A DNA stretch of 32,000 bases from Bacillus subtilis subsp. subtilis str. 168. GTDB taxonomy: Bacteria; Bacillota; Bacilli; Bacillales; Bacillaceae. Every line of letters begins with the position of its first letter. Positions within the stretch are counted from its first letter, which is position 1. Below are positions 27,626-32,000 of this stretch, piece after piece. The notes beneath the pieces are model-generated. The model had not been told where the DNA came from, searched no databases, and saw nothing but the letters and a program-made list of their open reading frames with translations. The stretch spans positions 4,110,001 to 4,142,000 of the forward strand of contig NC_000964.3 of assembly GCF_000009045.1 (NCBI RefSeq), written 5' to 3'. The position numbers were made by a program, and so were the translations under genes.

Positions 27626-28789
27626 TTAAAACCTCTTCATCACCTCAACATCATACAGCTTCAAATGACTCTTCGGCGTCACGACATCCTTTACCTTCCC
27701 AATCTCTTTTTCTTTCATTTTCTTTCCGGTTTTCAGGCTGTACTGTTCAATGTAGGCAGGCTTGTGATACGTGTATGTGAAGAAATAGAGGCTGCTGCCT
27801 TTTTGGGTGATTTCTTTGAATTCGGCTTTCATTTTGTCCGGGGAAAGGGTGAAGACGATGCTTGTTTTTCCTGTCTTGGCATCGATTTTGTGTACCTTTC
27901 CGAAGCCGTCAATGAAATACAGGTTCCCGTCATAAGGGAAAAAGCTGTTTTTAAAGCTGAAGGGCATGGAGCTGTATATCGTTTGTTCGTCGTTTTTGTA
28001 TTCGGCGATATCGTGCAGCTCTACTTCGCCGCTTTTTTTGTTGATCTTGACCATTTGATAGAGATCGTGGGCTTTTTGGCCGCGAACCATAACATACACA
28101 GCTTGGTCGTCCACGGCAAGTTGGGATTCGACTGAGGCTCCTTCCCGGTACTGCCATTCCGTTATGCTGAGATAGGTAAGCTTCTTCTGATCTGCTTGAA
28201 TCTGAAGGAGCTGATAGCCTTTTCCGTCATCTGTCGGGACGAGTGCGTAAATGGCGCCATCATGGAAACCGGAGGCTCGGATGTAGTAGGGGATGACGTC
28301 TTTTTTCCACTCTCCGTCCATTTGGCGGTACAGCTCTGAGCGGTATCCGTCTCCCTTTTTGTCGTAGCCGGAGTTGTATAAGGTGTAAAAGCCGTCCGTG
28401 TTTTGCAGAAAGCCCGCGCTGTCGCCTGTGTGCTGATAGGTTCTTTTATGGGAGCGCAGGCCGTTTTTGATCGTATAAATCGTGTTTTTGTCCTCCAGCA
28501 TCACGCTGTCACCGTGAACCTTTGCTGAGCCCAGCTCAAGGCCCTTCATCTGAAAGGAAGACAGCGTCCCGTCATGGCTGATAAACAGGGCGTAGCTTTT
28601 CCCGCCGCCAAATGCATCTTGATCCGCAGAGGATGAGAAATACAGCAGGACTTCTTTGTCATCCAGGAAATCGGGATTTCTGAGATCCTGCTGACTCACG
28701 GTTTTATGGCTTTTGAGAGGAGAAATGAAGACAAATAGTGCGATTCCTGCGAGAATCAGCATGGCGATGGTAATCATCCACTTTTTCAT
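27626..28789 (-). CDS. yycP: Membrane-anchored extracytoplasmic protein of unknown function
   Basis: 387 aa. N-terminal anchor MKKWMITIAMLILAGIALFVFI, then a Gly/Tyr/Asp-rich, beta-strand-like sequence. Ten nt downstream of yycO. Confidence 0.7.
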   Translation of the reverse strand: MKKWMITIAMLILAGIALFVFISPLKSHKTVSQQDLRNPDFLDDKEVLLYFSSSADQDAFGGGKSYALFISHDGTLSSFQMKGLELGSAKVHGDSVMLEDKNTIYTIKNGLRSHKRTYQHTGDSAGFLQNTDGFYTLYNSGYDKKGDGYRSELYRQMDGEWKKDVIPYYIRASGFHDGAIYALVPTDDGKGYQLLQIQADQKKLTYLSITEWQYREGASVESQLAVDDQAVYVMVRGQKAHDLYQMVKINKKSGEVELHDIAEYKNDEQTIYSSMPFSFKNSFFPYDGNLYFIDGFGKVHKIDAKTGKTSIVFTLSPDKMKAEFKEITQKGSSLYFFTYTYHKPAYIEQYSLKTGKKMKEKEIGKVKDVVTPKSHLKLYDVEVMKRF

Positions 28790-28799
28790 AGCCTTCTCC

Positions 28800-29537
28800 T
28801 TAGTAAATGGTCATAATGGTTGTCGTATAAGAAGAACTAGTGATGTCGCGCGGATACACGCCTAAGCCTCCGTTGCTGTCTATATCAATCCCTGCTTTCA
28901 GCAAAAAGGCAGACCATAGGAGCTTTGAACAGTTTTTGGCGCCGTCATGGCCGGTATTTCTGTTATTGACGAAGTTAAATGAGTATGGGTCGCCGACTTT
29001 TGATACCGCCCAGTCGGCAGCAGCTGTTTTTTGAGATGAGGATACGCTGACGGTTTGCACAATGGAGTTGTCTTCCACGTCTCTGGCATTATACGCGATC
29101 TGCCTGACGCCGTCGCTCGGGACAGATTCAACAATTTTGTCAGCGGCGGAGTACATGCCGACATGGCCGTGATTGTAGTAGGCTGTGTAGGAGTTCGTGT
29201 AATAGATATTGCCTTTCGCGCTTGTCGGGAGTTTTTTCGTGCCGGACGAGCCGCCCATGATAGACATGCCGCTTTCCTTGGCGAGCCGGTCCCCCTCTGC
29301 TTTATCAGCCGTGATCTCCTTATAGAACTGTTTTAGGATAACGTCCTGCTTTACGTGCTGCTGTTTGGCAATCTGGCTGGCAGATTTCATGATTTCTTCC
29401 GGTGTCGTGCCTGGCTGCAGTGCGGCGATTTCTTCAGCATAATTTGTGGTCTTTACGGCTTTGGCGGGAGTAACAAACAGGCCGCCGCACATTGTGAGCG
29501 CTACCAAAAACATCGACACTCGTTTCTTCAACTTCAT
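28800..29537 (-). CDS. yycO: Secreted permuted papain-fold (NlpC/P60-related, YiiX/C92-like) putative amidase
   Basis: Signal peptide MKLKKRVSMFLVALTMCGGLFVTPAKA. HVGMY (His) precedes KNCSKLLW (Cys), the permuted order of this clan. The assignment rests on motif order only. Confidence 0.65.
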   Translation of the reverse strand: MKLKKRVSMFLVALTMCGGLFVTPAKAVKTTNYAEEIAALQPGTTPEEIMKSASQIAKQQHVKQDVILKQFYKEITADKAEGDRLAKESGMSIMGGSSGTKKLPTSAKGNIYYTNSYTAYYNHGHVGMYSAADKIVESVPSDGVRQIAYNARDVEDNSIVQTVSVSSSQKTAAADWAVSKVGDPYSFNFVNNRNTGHDGAKNCSKLLWSAFLLKAGIDIDSNGGLGVYPRDITSSSYTTTIMTIY

Positions 29538-29650
29538 TACATCTCCTCTTTTCTTGTGAGTGTAGGAAAGGTAATTTCCTCACCCACATTATATTAGGAA
29601 AATAAGGAAAGTAACTAGGTTATTTACAGAATTTTTAGAAATCGTTTACA

Positions 29651-29678
29651 GAAAAAGGCCTTTATCAGGCCCTTTTCG
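29651..29678 (-). terminator. Terminator after yycN
   Basis: Minus strand: AAAGGGCCT-gataa-AGGCCTTTTTCT, immediately after the stop. Confidence 0.7.
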
Positions 29679-30149
29679 TTAAAGCTTCTTGCTCATCACT
29701 ACGTCTGTTTCTTGAAATCCGGTTTGCTCATATAGCTTTCGAGCCGTCTGATTATGGGCAAAGACATGAAGGGACAGCTTGCGGATTCCCATACTGCGTG
29801 CCGCTTGATCTAATGCCGCCAATGCTTGCTTTGCGTAGCCCTTTCCCCGATACGGTTCATATAACCCGAAATCATAAATAAACGCTTCCTGCTGCGGATG
29901 CTCCGGTTCAGCATGTATCCAGAGCCAGCCAACGATATCCTTTTCATTCAGCTTGAGGCTCCACAAATGGTGATGGGGTGTTTCGAGCCCTCTCGGAAGC
30001 AGATCAGTAAACACCTGCTTAGACAAAAGCTGGGCATCTTCAGGCAGCCATGTTCCCGCTTTTACCTTTTCTTCCGCGTAATGCTTTGTTGTGTACGTGA
30101 GATAAGACCGAAATTCTTCTGTCTGCATAGGGGTTAGCATAATTGTCAT
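29679..30149 (-). CDS. yycN: GNAT-family N-acetyltransferase
   Basis: 156 aa. Acetyl-CoA-binding motif YRGKGYAKQALAAL, then a beta-strand and the LYEQTGF tail typical of GNAT proteins. Confidence 0.85.
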   Translation of the reverse strand: MTIMLTPMQTEEFRSYLTYTTKHYAEEKVKAGTWLPEDAQLLSKQVFTDLLPRGLETPHHHLWSLKLNEKDIVGWLWIHAEPEHPQQEAFIYDFGLYEPYRGKGYAKQALAALDQAARSMGIRKLSLHVFAHNQTARKLYEQTGFQETDVVMSKKL

Positions 30150-30259
30150 ATCATCTCTCCTTCATATATTGACTAGAGGATTTTACATAAAATAGAAAGA
30201 GGTGTTACTATCAGAATAAGCAACTGAGATTGATAAGTCACTAGAGAAAGGAGTTTCAC

Positions 30260-31357
30260 ATGAATAAGATCGCACCCGCAGAAATCGCTAGCATGCTCAA
30301 CGATTGGTACCTTGCCATCAAGAAACATGAAGTTGAAGAATCCTCCCGTTTATTTGAAGAAGTGAAGCCTTTATTGGATGACATGGAAGAGGATCAGGAG
30401 GTGCTTGCCTACTTCTCCTTATTGGAACTGCGCCACAAGGTTTTGCTTCACGAGGCGAGAGGACAGGGCTTTCAGCATGAGGAGCCTTCTCATATGAATG
30501 CTACGTCTGACATGCTGAAATATTACTTTTTTCTGTTTGAAGGCATGTATGAGGCCTATAAAAATAATTATGACATTGCCATTGGGCTGTATAAAGATGC
30601 AGAGCAGTATCTCGACAACATTCCCGATCCGATTGAAAAAGCCGAATTTCACCTGAAGGTCGGTAAGCTCTATTATAAGCTGGGACAAAATATTGTGTCC
30701 CTCAATCATACACGGCAAGCAGTCAAAACATTCAGAGAAGAGACAGATTATAAAAAGAAGCTGGCTTCAGCCCTGATTACCATGTCAGGCAATTTTACAG
30801 AGATGAGCCAGTTTGAAGAAGCTGAGGCTTATTTGGACGAAGCAATTCGGATCACGAGTGAATTAGAGGATCATTTTTTTGAAGCCCAGCTTTTGCATAA
30901 CTTCGGCCTTCTACATGCGCAAAGCGGCAAATCAGAAGAAGCGGTTTCGAAATTAGAGGAGGCTCTACAGAACGATGAGTATGCCCGCTCCGCCTATTAT
31001 TATCATTCTGCCTACTTGCTGATACGAGAGCTGTTTAAGATCAAAAAGAAAGAACAGGCCTTATCTTATTACCAAGACGTGAAGGAAAAATTGACTGCTG
31101 AGCCGAATAGAATATGTGAGGCAAAAATAGACATTTTATATGCCATTTATGCAGAAGGGGGTCATGCGGAAACGTTTCACTTATGCAAACAACATATGGA
31201 TGACTTGTTGTCCGAGAAAGAGTATGACAGTGTAAGAGAACTTTCCATTTTGGCTGGCGAACGGTATAGGGAACTTGAGCTTTACAAAGAAGCTGCCCAC
31301 TTTTTTTATGAAGCATTACAGATTGAAGAACTGATTAAACGAACGGAGGTTATATAA
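30260..31357 (+). CDS. rapG: Rap-family response-regulator aspartate phosphatase/regulator (TPR protein)
   Basis: 365 aa, TPR-rich. Typical Rap N-terminus IASMLNDWYLAIKKHEVEES. Followed immediately by a Phr peptide gene. Confidence 0.9.
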   Translation: MNKIAPAEIASMLNDWYLAIKKHEVEESSRLFEEVKPLLDDMEEDQEVLAYFSLLELRHKVLLHEARGQGFQHEEPSHMNATSDMLKYYFFLFEGMYEAYKNNYDIAIGLYKDAEQYLDNIPDPIEKAEFHLKVGKLYYKLGQNIVSLNHTRQAVKTFREETDYKKKLASALITMSGNFTEMSQFEEAEAYLDEAIRITSELEDHFFEAQLLHNFGLLHAQSGKSEEAVSKLEEALQNDEYARSAYYYHSAYLLIRELFKIKKKEQALSYYQDVKEKLTAEPNRICEAKIDILYAIYAEGGHAETFHLCKQHMDDLLSEKEYDSVRELSILAGERYRELELYKEAAHFFYEALQIEELIKRTEVI

Positions 31358-31474
31358 ATGAAAAGATTTCTGATTGGCGCAGGCGTCGCAGCGGTGATTT
31401 TATCAGGTTGGTTTATTGCGGACCATCAAACCCACTCACAGGAAATGAAAGTCGCTGAGAAAATGATTGGATAA
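31358..31474 (+). CDS. phrG: Phr quorum-sensing precursor peptide (38 aa; C-terminal pentapeptide EKMIG)
   Basis: My translation: MKRFLIGAGVAAVILSGWFIADHQTHSQEMKVAEKMIG. The ATG abuts the rapG TAA (TAAATG). It has a signal peptide. Confidence 0.85.
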   Translation: MKRFLIGAGVAAVILSGWFIADHQTHSQEMKVAEKMIG

Positions 31475-31477
31475 ATG

Positions 31478-31508
31478 AAAAACCCCCGCGGGATGCGGGG
31501 GTTCAATT
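31478..31508 (+). terminator. rapG-phrG terminator hairpin (GC hairpin copy 1)
   Basis: AAAAACCCCCGC-ggga-tGCGGGGGTT followed by CAATTT. Confidence 0.7.
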
Positions 31509-31512
31509 TAAC

Positions 31513-31552
31513 GAAAGAATCCTAAAACGGTTTGTAGTTTTAGGATTCTTTC
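31513..31552. terminator. Second hairpin, a perfect 16-bp AT-rich stem
   Basis: GAAAGAATCCTAAAAC-ggtttgta-GTTTTAGGATTCTTTC followed by ATCTTTTC. Confidence 0.55.
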
Positions 31553-31681
31553 ATCTTTTCAGCGTGATTGAAAACCCTTGAAGTCTAGGAAGAACGAGCA
31601 TTGGAGCGCAGCGAATGTTTGGAATTCGTGAGCACCGAAGCGCAGGCCTGACAACGAATGCGAGGGTTTGTCGACACGCTG
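31553..31681. repeat. Structured non-coding block between phrG and rocF; possible small RNA or a copy of a dispersed intergenic repeat
   Basis: Long-range complementarity: CAGCGTG (31560-31566) with CACGCTG (31675-31681), and AAACCCT with AGGGTTT. Internal stem CGAAT-gtttgga-ATTCG. No ORF. The wider phrG-rocF gap is bounded by near-identical GC hairpins. Confidence 0.4.
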
Positions 31682-31707
31682 AAACCCCCGCGGGTGCGGG
31701 GGTTTTC
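31682..31707. terminator. rocF terminator, bidirectional (GC hairpin copy 2)
   Basis: AAACCCCCGC-gggt-GCGGGGGTTTTCTT, 5 nt from the rocF stop. Nearly identical to the hairpin at 31481-31503. Confidence 0.75.
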
Positions 31708-31710
31708 TTA

Positions 31711-32000
31711 TTACAGCAGCTTCTTCCCTAACAGGGATTCTACGAGCTCTACTGCTGTTTTGCCCGTTTTGTTTTTGTGATCAAGGATCGGGTTAACCTC
31801 AACGAATTCGGCTGAGGTAATGATGCCTGCGTCATACAGCATTTCCATAGCCAAATGGCTCTCCCGGTAGCTGATGCCGCCGACGACAGGGGTTCCGACA
31901 CCCGGTGCGTCGTTCGGATCAAGTCCGTCCAGATCAAGGCTCAGATGGACGCCATCACATGCTGATAAATAATCAAGGGTTTCTTCAATGACCTTTGTCA
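31711..32000 (-). CDS. rocF: Arginase, C-terminal part (5' end outside the window)
   Basis: My translation of the open minus-strand frame: ...VHLSLDLDGLDPNDAPGVGTPVVGGISYRESHLAMEMLYDAGIITSAEFVEVNPILDHKNKTGKTAVELVESLLGKKLL*. Contains the arginase Mn-binding signature SLDLDGLDP. It is not in the ORF track because there is no in-window ATG. Confidence 0.9.
   Translation of the reverse strand, partial: TKVIEETLDYLSACDGVHLSLDLDGLDPNDAPGVGTPVVGGISYRESHLAMEMLYDAGIITSAEFVEVNPILDHKNKTGKTAVELVESLLGKKLL

Overview
From the encoded proteins I recognise this window as a Bacillus subtilis 168-type chromosomal segment; this is from memory, with no database check. Gene order, left to right: lrgA-like/yxaC, yxaB, glxK, the gntRKPZ gluconate operon, ahpCF, bglA preceded by a decayed PTS gene (yyzE), yydK, the yydFGHIJ epipeptide (RiPP) operon, fbp, yydBCD, rlmH (yydA), a DnaA-box cluster, yycS, yycR, yycQ, yycP, yycO, yycN, rapG-phrG and the 3' end of rocF. 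Coding density is high. I saw no rRNA, tRNA, CRISPR array or transposase.

Two strongly AT-rich minus-strand blocks flank the normal-GC gene fbp: about 14.1-17.95 kb (yydFGHIJ) and about 20.05-24.43 kb (yydBCD). Both look horizontally acquired.

The best candidate for an undescribed system is yydB-yydC-yydD. It is a translationally coupled triad of a calcineurin-like metallophosphoesterase, a small helical protein and a coiled-coil ABC/SMC-like ATPase. Its architecture matches Lamassu/DdmABC (ABC-3C) conflict systems and echoes SbcCD/Mre11-Rad50.

Other points worth a second look:
- A DnaA-box cluster overlapping an unlisted 56-aa CxxC gene upstream of rlmH.
- A PTS EIIB-EIIA deletion relic, with a promoter, cre and palindrome control region shared with yydK.
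- Leaky hairpins inside the yydF operon.
- A structured element of about 130 nt between phrG and rocF, within a ~230-nt gap bounded by two nearly identical GC hairpins.
- Three small ORFs missing from the ORF track.
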